A stretch of 64,000 bases of DNA, from NCBI GenBank assembly GCA_029247685.1, contig JAQWKT010000013.1, positions 10,048 through 74,047 of the forward strand. Reading direction: 5' to 3'. The notes below the pieces were generated by a model. That model worked only from the letters and a program-made list of their open reading frames with translations. It was not told the origin of the DNA and made no database searches. The translations under genes and the position numbers were made by a program. This document shows, in pieces, positions 10,306-19,223 of this stretch (positions within the stretch are counted from its first letter, which is position 1; each line of letters starts with the position of its first letter). The DNA is from Crocinitomicaceae bacterium (lineage in GTDB: Bacteria; Bacteroidota; Bacteroidia; Flavobacteriales_D; Crocinitomicaceae).

Positions 10306-11783
10306 TTAAATAATTTTTTCTTAATCTCTTTTGCATAATTAACAGTTTCTTGTTCTAGAGAAAACAAAAAGATGCTTCCAAAAAACAGAAAAACAGCTAG
10401 CGTCGTATTAAAAACCATTTGAATCCATTGATTAAGAAATAGATTGTTTAAAAAAGAACAAGTAATTAATGTGAGCACACCTACTCCAATAATTATGAAT
10501 TGATTTTTATTAAAAGGATGAATTTTGTAAATGGAGTAAACAAAAATCATTCTTCCTATATTATAAACAAAAAAGGCTAAAGCTGTTGAAATGGCAGCCC
10601 CCGACATTCCCCATAAAGGAATCATAATCGTGTTTAAATAGTATACAGCAAAGATTAAAAACAAGGTAAAAATCACATCGTATTTATATTTTTTTGAGGT
10701 ATTAAAAATAGAACCGTTTAAGCCAAAAAACATATCCATGAGTCTTCCCATCATCAGAAAAAAGAACACCCAGATTCCTGCTTTAAATTCATTTTTAAGA
10801 AAAGAAAAAAGAAAGTCAATATTAACCCAAACCAAGAGAAACAATCCAAGCCCAACAACTAAAGAAACGGAACTTACTCTTGTGTATAAATCTTTCATTT
10901 TGTTCATTTCTCGATTTTTCCAATATTCCGAAACAAGAGGAGAGCTAACTCTAACTAAAGATTTATAAGGAACTTGAAGCGCGCTAGTTAAAAAAACTAC
11001 CGTAGAATAAACACCAGTTGCTTTCAATCCAATATATTGAGCAACCATAATGATGTCAAGTGAATTAACAAGAACAGATCCTAGACTATTAATGTAGTTA
11101 AAAGCAGCATAATTAAAAATAATTTTTCTAAATTTTGAGGAAATGCGGATATTTTTAACTCCAAGATGTAGTTCTTTTATTTTTAATAAAAAAACAACTA
11201 AAATAAGTGGAGGCAAAAGAAAAAGAAGCCCATGAATAGCCACAAATAAATTAAAAGAGATTAGCCCAGCCCATAAAAGAATTAAAATTAAAGTAACGCC
11301 AAGACGAAGAACAATATCTAAAGCAAAAACAGAAACAATGTTTTTAAATAAAGCCCTTAAGTAAACATCTAAAATCAAGTACAAAACATATCCAACTCCA
11401 ATAGGGATTATCCAAATAAAGTATTGAATAAAAAAAGGCGATTTTTTAATATAGATAGACTCTAAGTGTTCTTGAAAAATCAAAAAGAAGAAACACATTA
11501 TAAGAGTGCCAGCAAGACCAATCAATAAAATAAATGAAAGAAATCCATGGTGCTTTTTCTCTTTATTTTTAAAAAAAGGAAAAAACTTCCAAATGGTATA
11601 GATTGTTCCAAAGTTTGAAAACTGTGCAAAAAGAACCCCAAGAGAAAAACAAAGATTTATTACTCCAATTTGTTCGGTGGACAAGATTAATAAAAAAAGC
11701 AGGCCCTTATTTAAATATCCTAAAACCAACCCAAAGGAAGAAATTAAGGTTGTTTTAATCGCATCTTTTTGAACAAAACCCAT
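10302..11783 (-). CDS. Wzx-like oligosaccharide flippase / polysaccharide biosynthesis membrane protein
   Basis: 493 aa, many TM helices, D..M......GVYS and IP.WGMSGAAISTA patterns; lies divergent from glycosyltransferases. Confidence 0.85.
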   Translation of the reverse strand: MGFVQKDAIKTTLISSFGLVLGYLNKGLLFLLILSTEQIGVINLCFSLGVLFAQFSNFGTIYTIWKFFPFFKNKEKKHHGFLSFILLIGLAGTLIMCFFFLIFQEHLESIYIKKSPFFIQYFIWIIPIGVGYVLYLILDVYLRALFKNIVSVFALDIVLRLGVTLILILLWAGLISFNLFVAIHGLLFLLPPLILVVFLLKIKELHLGVKNIRISSKFRKIIFNYAAFNYINSLGSVLVNSLDIIMVAQYIGLKATGVYSTVVFLTSALQVPYKSLVRVSSPLVSEYWKNREMNKMKDLYTRVSSVSLVVGLGLFLLVWVNIDFLFSFLKNEFKAGIWVFFFLMMGRLMDMFFGLNGSIFNTSKKYKYDVIFTLFLIFAVYYLNTIMIPLWGMSGAAISTALAFFVYNIGRMIFVYSIYKIHPFNKNQFIIIGVGVLTLITCSFLNNLFLNQWIQMVFNTTLAVFLFFGSIFLFSLEQETVNYAKEIKKKLFN

Positions 11784-11798
11784 TTTATTAACTTAATA

Positions 11799-11843
11799 CA
11801 AAGATAAAGCAAACTTTAGAAGAAAGAATTTATGCTAATTTTG
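11799..11843. promoter_or_regulatory. Divergent -7 elements TATCTTTG (-, 11799-11806) and TAATTTTG (+, 11836-11843)
   Basis: TAnnTTTG matches on both strands of the flippase/GT2 intergenic region. Confidence 0.5.
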
Positions 11844-11863
11844 TTTTAGTTTTATTTAAAAGT

Positions 11864-12775
11864 ATGCCTCAAAACCCTTTAATTTCCATAATTATTTGCA
11901 CTTATAATAGAATGCAATACCTTCCAAAATGTTTGGAACATTTAAAAAATCAAACCTGTAAAACAGAGGATTACGAAGTTGTTTTAATAAATAATAATTC
12001 CACAGATAAAACGGAACTTATTTGTAAAGAGTATATTCAAAAAAATCCAGAATTAAATGTTTCTTATTTTTTAGAGAAAAACCCAGGCCTTTCTCATGCT
12101 AGAAATAGAGGAGTGAAAGAGGCAAACGGAGATGTTTTATGTTTTATTGATGACGATGGATTTGCTATCCCAGATTATATTAAAACAATTTCAAAATATG
12201 CGATCGATACCAATTATTCTAATTACATGGCATTTGGAGGGAAAGTCACCCCTTGTTATAACAAAGGAAAAGCACCCATATGGATAAGTAAGTACATTAG
12301 TGGATTAGTTTCCGAGGTGGATTTAGGTAAAAAAGTAAAGCCTTTTGATAAAAAATATCCCGCAGGATGCAACATGATTTTTAGAAAAGAGTTTTTTGAA
12401 AATCATGGTGGATTCAACGTAGATCTTCATACAAGGGGGGATGATAAGTATATTTTCCAGAAATTAAGAGACAAAAAACATAAAATTTTATACATCCCCG
12501 AATTAGAAGTTTCTCATTTTATTGATGATTATAGATTGGAAAAAAACTTTATCATTCGTTTATCTAAAATAATAGGGCAAAGCGAAGCAATAAGACTTAA
12601 AAACAAGAGTGTTATATTTAAAACGATGAAGCTTTTTGAATATTTGTTTAAATGGAAAGTCTCTTTGCTCCTTGCGCTTATTTTTTTAGCTAAAGGACAA
12701 AAAGAAAAATCCAAATATATTGTAATGGTTCGTTGGCAAGTAATTATAGGCTACTTTATGAAAGAACAATTATGA
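11864..12775 (+). CDS. Glycosyltransferase family 2
   Basis: SIIICTYNR, NNNSTD, GLSHARNRG, FIDDD (DxD), GCNM. Confidence 0.93.
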   Translation: MPQNPLISIIICTYNRMQYLPKCLEHLKNQTCKTEDYEVVLINNNSTDKTELICKEYIQKNPELNVSYFLEKNPGLSHARNRGVKEANGDVLCFIDDDGFAIPDYIKTISKYAIDTNYSNYMAFGGKVTPCYNKGKAPIWISKYISGLVSEVDLGKKVKPFDKKYPAGCNMIFRKEFFENHGGFNVDLHTRGDDKYIFQKLRDKKHKILYIPELEVSHFIDDYRLEKNFIIRLSKIIGQSEAIRLKNKSVIFKTMKLFEYLFKWKVSLLLALIFLAKGQKEKSKYIVMVRWQVIIGYFMKEQL

Positions 12776-13638
12776 GTTTAATACAAAACCTTTTTTTAAG
12801 CTATCTTTCCCTTATAAAGGTAGTCTTATGGTCTCGACCATTAAGGTCTAATAAAAGACAAAAGCAACAAAACAAAGGCAAACAGCTAATCATTGTTGCA
12901 AACGGTCCTTCTTTTAGATTGTCTATTGAAAAACATCTCAATAAATTACTGGAATCGCCAATTTTAAGTGTAAACTTATTTTGCTGTACCGATTATTTTG
13001 AGCAGTTAAAACCGACAAATTATTTATTGTTAGCTCCTCAATTTTTTAAAGCCGATAAAGACCTATCAGAACTATATATAAAGAATAATGTAGAACTTTT
13101 TTCTTCTCTAAAAACAAAAACAAGTTGGCCAATGCATTTATACATTCCAGTAAAGTATAAAAAGGCTAAAAATGTAATTGACTTAAAAAACCAAAACGCG
13201 AATATAACCTTCCATTATTTTAATACAACGCCAATAGAGGGACTTCCTTTTATATCAAATTTCATGTTTGAAAAAAGACTTGGAATGCCAAGACCCCATA
13301 ACGTATTAATTCCATCCTTAATGATTGGAATTAATGAAGGATTTGAAAAAATCTCCGTATTAGGAGCAGATCATTCTTGGTTAGGTGAAATTTCAGTAAA
13401 TGAAAAAAATGAAGCGTTAGTTAATCAAAAACATTTTTATGATGAACAAAGTGCAACATCTCAACCGATGCAAGATTATATAAAACGACCAAGAAAGCTT
13501 CATGAAATTTTACATAAATTTTATCTTTCATTTAAGGGCTACTGGGAAATAAAACATTTTGCAGAAAAACAAGGCGTTGAAATAGTTAATTCTAGTGAAA
13601 CAAGCATGATAGATGCATTTGATAAAAAAGGGCTTTAA
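12772..13638 (+). CDS. Maf/DUF115-like protein, candidate nonulosonate (pseudaminyl) transferase
   Basis: IIVANGPS, SVN, LGADHS and terminal IVNSSETSMIDAF motifs resemble the Maf/DUF115/sialyltransferase fold; ATGA overlap with GT2; directly upstream of pse genes. Confidence 0.6.
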   Translation: MSLIQNLFLSYLSLIKVVLWSRPLRSNKRQKQQNKGKQLIIVANGPSFRLSIEKHLNKLLESPILSVNLFCCTDYFEQLKPTNYLLLAPQFFKADKDLSELYIKNNVELFSSLKTKTSWPMHLYIPVKYKKAKNVIDLKNQNANITFHYFNTTPIEGLPFISNFMFEKRLGMPRPHNVLIPSLMIGINEGFEKISVLGADHSWLGEISVNEKNEALVNQKHFYDEQSATSQPMQDYIKRPRKLHEILHKFYLSFKGYWEIKHFAEKQGVEIVNSSETSMIDAFDKKGL

Positions 13639-13681
13639 TAAGCATCTAGAGTGTTTGACTTTCTTATTATAGATTATAATT

Positions 13682-13689
13682 TATCTTTG
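13682..13689 (+). promoter_or_regulatory. -7 promoter element TATCTTTG for the pse operon
   Basis: TAnnTTTG match 18 nt before the pseB start. Confidence 0.5.
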
Positions 13690-13707
13690 TTAACAAAACA
13701 ATAAGCA

Positions 13708-14718
13708 TTGAAAAACAAGTCAATTTTAATTACAGGAGGGACAGGGTCTCTTGGAAAGGCTTTAACTCGGCATATATTAACGAATCACCCGGAAATAAAA
13801 CGATTAGTTATTTTTTCAAGAGATGAACAAAAGCAATTCGAAATGGAGCAAGAGTTTTCGCACTCCAAATATCCAAGCATTCGATATTTTATAGGCGATG
13901 TTCGTGATTTAGAAAGGTTAGAAAGGGCCTTTTCGGGCATAGACTATGTTATTCACGCAGCAGCAATGAAACATGTACATATTGCCGAGTATAATCCTGA
14001 CGAATGTGTTAAAACAAATGTTTTGGGAGCTCAAAATGTGATAAAAGCAGCCTTGAAAACCAATGTTAAAAGAGTGGTTGCTCTTTCAACAGATAAAGCT
14101 TGTGCTCCAATAAATTTATATGGAGCAACAAAATTAACTTCAGATAAACTTTTTGTTTCAGCAAACAACATAAAGGGAAATAAAGACATCTGCTTTTCAG
14201 TGGTTAGGTATGGAAATGTAATGGGTTCAAATGGATCGGTTATCCCATTTTTTATAAAAAAGAAAAAAACAGATGGCATTCTACCAATAACTGTTGAAAC
14301 CATGACTCGTTTTAATATTTCGTTGCAAGGGGGGGTTGATATGGTTTTACACGCACTTGATAGCGCATGGGGTGGGGAGATTTTTGTTCCTAAAATCCCA
14401 TCTTATCGAATTTTAGATGTAGCAGAAGCAATCGGCCCTGAATGTGAAAAACCAGTTATAGGGATTCGTCCAGGAGAGAAAATCCATGAAGAAATGATAA
14501 CTTCATCCGATTCTTTTTTTACCTATGATATAGGGAAATATTATGTAATAATTCCTCAAACAACGGCCTGGAATGTAGAAGAGTTTAGCTCTCATTTTAA
14601 AGCAAAAAAAGTACAAGAAGGTTTTTCTTATAATTCTAATCAAAATGAAAACTGGGAATCGGTAGAGTCTATTAGAGCACTTATAAAACAACATGTTGAT
14701 CCTACTTTTGAGGCATGA
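13708..14718 (+). CDS. pseB: UDP-N-acetylglucosamine 4,6-dehydratase (inverting)
   Basis: TGGTGSLG, SRDEQKQ, HAAAMKHV, STDKAC.P.NLYGATK, RYGNVMGS; TTG start. Confidence 0.95.
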   Translation: MKNKSILITGGTGSLGKALTRHILTNHPEIKRLVIFSRDEQKQFEMEQEFSHSKYPSIRYFIGDVRDLERLERAFSGIDYVIHAAAMKHVHIAEYNPDECVKTNVLGAQNVIKAALKTNVKRVVALSTDKACAPINLYGATKLTSDKLFVSANNIKGNKDICFSVVRYGNVMGSNGSVIPFFIKKKKTDGILPITVETMTRFNISLQGGVDMVLHALDSAWGGEIFVPKIPSYRILDVAEAIGPECEKPVIGIRPGEKIHEEMITSSDSFFTYDIGKYYVIIPQTTAWNVEEFSSHFKAKKVQEGFSYNSNQNENWESVESIRALIKQHVDPTFEA

Positions 14719-15914
14719 AAAAAATAATTCCATATGGAAGGCAGTTTATTTCGGAAGAAGACATAAAGGAAGTAGTTAGCACTTTAAAATCTGATTATTT
14801 AACGCAAGGGCCTAAAATTGCAGAGTTTGAATCGGAGTTTGCTAGGTATGTTGGATCAAAATATGCGATTGCCCTTTCCAACGGAACGGCAGCACTTCAT
14901 CTATCCACATTAGCCTTAGGCTTAAAAAAAGGAGATTACGTGATTTGCACCTCCATTACTTTTGCTGCATCGGTTAATTGTGTTAGGTATTGTGGCGCAA
15001 ATGTTTTATTTGCCGACATTGATCCAAAAACATTTTTAATAGATATTTCCTCGGTAGAAAAATTAATAAAAGAGCATTCAGACAAAAAAATTGTTGGTAT
15101 TATCCCTGTTGATTTTGCTGGTAGAGTAGTCAATTTAGAGGCGTTAAAAAAGATAACAAGCAATTATGGATTATGGATTTTAGAGGATTCTTGCCATGCA
15201 CCAGGAGGGAGTTTTTTGGATTCCCAAAAACAACCTCAAAAAGCAGGGAATGGAAATTTTGCAGAACTTTCTATTTTTTCTTTTCATCCGGTTAAGCATA
15301 TTGCTGCTGGCGAAGGAGGAATGGTAACGACGAATAATAAAGAATTGTATGAAAAGATATGTTGTCTTCGAACGCATGGCATAATTAAAGACGAGCAGAA
15401 ATATAAAAACAATGCTTCTTTAGCAAATGGCAATAAAAAGCATTTGGATTATCCAGGTTGGTATATGGAGATGCAAAGCCTTGGCTTTAATTATAGAATT
15501 ACAGATATTCAAGCTGCTCTTGGTTTGTCTCAATTAAAAAGAGCACAAGAAGGCTTAGAGAAACGAAAAAAAATAGCACAAATATATACACGCGAATTTT
15601 CAGGGATTTCTCAAATAAAAAACCATTCGAATGTAATTGAAGGGCATGCCTATCATCTGTTTATATTGGAGGTAGAAAAGCGAAGAGAGCTATATGATTT
15701 TTTAAGAGAAAAGAATATTTTTTCTCAGATTCACTATATTCCGGTACATTTAATGCCTTATTATAAAGAGCTTGGGTGGAAAGAAGGAGACTTACCAAAA
15801 GCAGAAAAATATTATTCTAATTGCTTAAGTATTCCGATGTATCCCACGATGACGAATGAAGAAATAGATAGAGTAGTACAAACGATTAAAACGTTTTATA
15901 AAAATGAATTTTAA
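14715..15914 (+). CDS. pseC: UDP-4-amino-4,6-dideoxy-N-acetyl-beta-L-altrosamine transaminase
   Basis: IPYGRQ, LTQGP, SNGTAALH, EDSCHA, FSFHPVKHIAAGEGG, LGFNYR (DegT/DnrJ family); follows pseB. Confidence 0.93.
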   Translation: MKKIIPYGRQFISEEDIKEVVSTLKSDYLTQGPKIAEFESEFARYVGSKYAIALSNGTAALHLSTLALGLKKGDYVICTSITFAASVNCVRYCGANVLFADIDPKTFLIDISSVEKLIKEHSDKKIVGIIPVDFAGRVVNLEALKKITSNYGLWILEDSCHAPGGSFLDSQKQPQKAGNGNFAELSIFSFHPVKHIAAGEGGMVTTNNKELYEKICCLRTHGIIKDEQKYKNNASLANGNKKHLDYPGWYMEMQSLGFNYRITDIQAALGLSQLKRAQEGLEKRKKIAQIYTREFSGISQIKNHSNVIEGHAYHLFILEVEKRRELYDFLREKNIFSQIHYIPVHLMPYYKELGWKEGDLPKAEKYYSNCLSIPMYPTMTNEEIDRVVQTIKTFYKNEF

Positions 15915-16521
15915 ATCAGAACAAGAAGCTTTTTGGGCCGGGGATTTTGGCAGAGATTATATTCAAAGAAATCAAAGTAAAGAATTATTAGCTTCTAATA
16001 TTAATTTTTTCAGCAAAGCACTTAAACAAGCGAGAGAATTAAATTCTTGCGTGGAATTTGGAGCCAACATTGGAATGAATTTAAAAGCATTAAAATTGCT
16101 ATACCCTAATCTGTCTTTATCTGGTGTTGAAATCAATAAAACGGCAGCGAAAGAGCTTGAAATCGCGATAGGAAAAGAGCAGGTTTTTCAAGGGTCTATA
16201 TTGGATTATCCAACAAAGACCACAAAAGATCTTTCGATAATAAAAGGAGTGTTAATCCATATAAACCCTGAATTATTATCGGCAGTATATCAAAAATTAT
16301 ACGCTGCATCGAGCAACTATATTTTGATAGCAGAGTATTACAACCCTTCTCCTGTTTCTATAAATTATAGAGGACATAAAGACCGCTTATTTAAAAGAGA
16401 TTTTGCCGGAGAAATGCTGGAAAAATTCCCGGACTTAAAATTAGTGGATTATGGCTTTTCTTATAGAAAAGACCCTGCTTTTCCTCAAGATGACATTACT
16501 TGGTTTTTATTAAAAAAATAA
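15904..16521 (+). CDS. Pseudaminic acid biosynthesis-associated methyltransferase
   Basis: QEAFWAGDFG..Y..RN, EFGANIGMNL, GVLIHINP, LFKRDFAGE, QDDITWFL. Confidence 0.9.
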   Translation: MNFKSEQEAFWAGDFGRDYIQRNQSKELLASNINFFSKALKQARELNSCVEFGANIGMNLKALKLLYPNLSLSGVEINKTAAKELEIAIGKEQVFQGSILDYPTKTTKDLSIIKGVLIHINPELLSAVYQKLYAASSNYILIAEYYNPSPVSINYRGHKDRLFKRDFAGEMLEKFPDLKLVDYGFSYRKDPAFPQDDITWFLLKK

Positions 16522-16524
16522 GAA

Positions 16525-17217
16525 GTGAAAGTAGCGATTATACCAGCAAGAGGAGGAAGCAAGAGGATTCCTAACAAAAACATGAAGATGTTTCATGGCA
16601 AACCGATTATTTATTATGCCATTCAAACCGCGATAAAAAGCAATCTTTTTGATGAGGTTTTTGTTTCTACAGATAACAAAGAAATAGCTGAATTTTCCAT
16701 GAAAAATGGAGCTAAAGTTCCAACTTATCGTTCTTCTAAAAATGCAGATGATCATGCGACCACTTCGGAGGTATTAATTGAGGTGATTAATTATTATACG
16801 AGTCAAAACAAGAAAATATCTATGGCTTGTTGCATTTATCCTACAAGCCCATTAGTAAAACCGAAAGACTTGATCTCGGCAAACGAAGTGTTTGAAAATC
16901 AATCCATAGAAGTCTTAATATCGAGTGTTAAGTTTAGCTTTCCGGTTCAAAGAGGGTTTTTTGTTTTTGAAAATAAAGAAATAGGGTTAATTGATCCAGA
17001 GTCGATTAACAAGCGTTCTCAAGATCTTGCCGAAACCTATCATGATGCTGGCGCATTTTATTTATTCAAGCCTCAAGTATTTTTAAAAACAGGTTCTTTA
17101 TGGAAAGGAAAAATAGGCGCTTATATACTTCCTGAAATACAATCACAAGACATAGACACCTTGGAGGATTGGAAATTAGCAGAATTAAAATATGAATATT
17201 TACAAAGCAATAAATAA
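16525..17217 (+). CDS. pseF: Pseudaminic acid cytidylyltransferase
   Basis: IIPARGGSKRIP.KN, VSTD, CCIYPT, RSQDL..YHDAG, DIDT.EDW. Confidence 0.93.
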   Translation: MKVAIIPARGGSKRIPNKNMKMFHGKPIIYYAIQTAIKSNLFDEVFVSTDNKEIAEFSMKNGAKVPTYRSSKNADDHATTSEVLIEVINYYTSQNKKISMACCIYPTSPLVKPKDLISANEVFENQSIEVLISSVKFSFPVQRGFFVFENKEIGLIDPESINKRSQDLAETYHDAGAFYLFKPQVFLKTGSLWKGKIGAYILPEIQSQDIDTLEDWKLAELKYEYLQSNK

Positions 17218-18193
17218 GCAAACGGTTTGTTTGGGACAATATAAAATTGTGCCCATTCGCTTTGAGGATAGGTACTCTATTTTAGAATGGAGAAATGAAC
17301 AGATGTATCATTTGCGACAAAAAGAAAAAATCAGCAAGAACGAGCAAGACAACTACTTTAATACGGTTGTAAAAAACCTTTTTTTAGAAGAAAATCCACC
17401 GCAGTTTTTGTTTTCCTATTTAAAAAATGAAAAGTGCATTGGTTATGGCGGCTTGGTCCATATTAACTGGAAAAAAAAAGAAGCCGAAATATCATTTATA
17501 ATGCAAACAATTCTTGAAAAAGAGCAATTTGATTTTAATTGGTCGATGTTTTTGGTTTTGATAGAAAAGATTGCTTTTATAGACTTAAACTTAAGTAAAA
17601 TAAACACCTATGCGTTTGATTTAAGGCCTCATTTATACCCGGTGTTGATAAATAATGGATTCACAGAAGAGAAGAGACTAAAACATCATGTGGAGATAGA
17701 TTCAAAAAAAACAGATGTATTGATCCACTCTAAATTAAACAAGGGGTTTAACCTAAGGCCGGCAACAATTGATGATGAAGAAATAACCTATAACTGGGCG
17801 ACAGATTCTGTGATAAGAAAGTATGCCTTTCAGCAAAATGAGATAAAAAAGCAAGAGCATAAAAATTGGTTTTTAAATCAATTAAAAAATGAAAAGTGTG
17901 TGTATTTTATTTTAATGGATAACAACAAACAAATAGGAAGTATTCGTTTTAATATAGAAGAAAATAAAACGGCACTTATTAGCTATTTAATAGACTCAAA
18001 ACATCATGGAAAAGGATATGGAAAAAGGATTCTGCAAGAGGCCATTTTCTGTTTTAAAAGAATAAAAAAAGAAGTAGAATCGATCCATGGTTATGTGATG
18101 CCTGAAAATATAGCATCGTGCAAAATTTTTGAAAAATTAAACTTTGAAAAACAAGAACAAAAAGATTCTATTAAATATTTTTATCAATTTTAA
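17192..18193 (+). CDS. Tandem double-GNAT N-acyltransferase (PseH-like)
   Basis: Two GNAT-like domains: WRNEQ...IGYGGLVHI...AEISF, and LRPAT..D...W....IR...HGKGYGK...N.AS..IFEK; lies between pseF and pseI. Confidence 0.8.
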   Translation: MNIYKAINKQTVCLGQYKIVPIRFEDRYSILEWRNEQMYHLRQKEKISKNEQDNYFNTVVKNLFLEENPPQFLFSYLKNEKCIGYGGLVHINWKKKEAEISFIMQTILEKEQFDFNWSMFLVLIEKIAFIDLNLSKINTYAFDLRPHLYPVLINNGFTEEKRLKHHVEIDSKKTDVLIHSKLNKGFNLRPATIDDEEITYNWATDSVIRKYAFQQNEIKKQEHKNWFLNQLKNEKCVYFILMDNNKQIGSIRFNIEENKTALISYLIDSKHHGKGYGKRILQEAIFCFKRIKKEVESIHGYVMPENIASCKIFEKLNFEKQEQKDSIKYFYQF

Positions 18194-18196
18194 GGA

Positions 18197-19216
18197 ATGA
18201 AGAAGTCAAAAGGGGTTTTTATTATAGCGGAATTATCGGCGAATCATAATGGCGATATTGAAACCGCAAAAAAAACAGTTATTGCGGCTAAAAATAGTGG
18301 AGCAGATGCGATAAAACTTCAAACATACACTGCTGACACCATCACATTAAATACGAACAAGGAAGACTTTAGGATTAACCAAGGAACCATTTGGGATGGA
18401 AAGTTATTATACGACTTATACAAAGAAGCATATACTCCATGGGAATGGCATAAAGAAATTTTTGATTTAGCAAAAGAGCTTGATTTGCTTTGCTTTTCTT
18501 CGCCTTTTGATCATTCAGCGGTAGATTTTTTGGAAACACTAAATTGCCCGATATATAAAATAGCCTCTTTTGAAATAACCGACATCCCTTTAATTTCGTA
18601 TGTGGCATCTAAGGGAAAGCCAATTATTATCTCCACAGGAATTGCCGAACACGAAGACATCAGTTTGGCTGTAGAGGCTTGTAAAAAACAAGGGAATACA
18701 GACATAACGTTGTTAAAATGCACTTCCTCATATCCAGCACCGATCGAAGAAGCCAATATTTCGTTAATGCAGCAAATAGCTAAAGATTTTAAGGTAAAAG
18801 TTGGACTTTCTGATCACACCATGGGAAGCACCTTGCCAATAATTGCAACCGCATTGGGGGCAAGCGTCATTGAAAAGCATTTTATTTTGGATAGATCTAT
18901 TGGTGGTCCAGATGCCTCTTTTTCCATGAATGAAAGAGAGTTTTCAGAAATGGTTCAACAAATTAGAGCTGCCGAAAAATCGATTGGTTCCACAAATTAT
19001 AAGCTCAGTGAAAAACAAGAAGAAGCAAAAGCTTTTTCTCGTTCTTTATACATCTCTAAAGAGATAAAAAAAGGAGAAATAGCAAGCAAAGAAAACATTA
19101 AATCTGTTCGCCCAGGATATAGTCTTCATCCAAAACACCTTCCTCAAATTTTAGGAAAAAAAGCAAAAAAGAATTTTTCTATAGGAGATAGAATAAGCCT
19201 TTCGGATTTTGAATAA
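18197..19216 (+). CDS. pseI: Pseudaminic acid synthase
   Basis: FIIAELSANHNG, KLQTYTADT, KIASFE, KCTSSYP, GLSDHT, EKHF, C-terminal SAF domain. Confidence 0.95.
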   Translation: MKKSKGVFIIAELSANHNGDIETAKKTVIAAKNSGADAIKLQTYTADTITLNTNKEDFRINQGTIWDGKLLYDLYKEAYTPWEWHKEIFDLAKELDLLCFSSPFDHSAVDFLETLNCPIYKIASFEITDIPLISYVASKGKPIIISTGIAEHEDISLAVEACKKQGNTDITLLKCTSSYPAPIEEANISLMQQIAKDFKVKVGLSDHTMGSTLPIIATALGASVIEKHFILDRSIGGPDASFSMNEREFSEMVQQIRAAEKSIGSTNYKLSEKQEEAKAFSRSLYISKEIKKGEIASKENIKSVRPGYSLHPKHLPQILGKKAKKNFSIGDRISLSDFE

Positions 19217-19223
19217 ATGTCTG

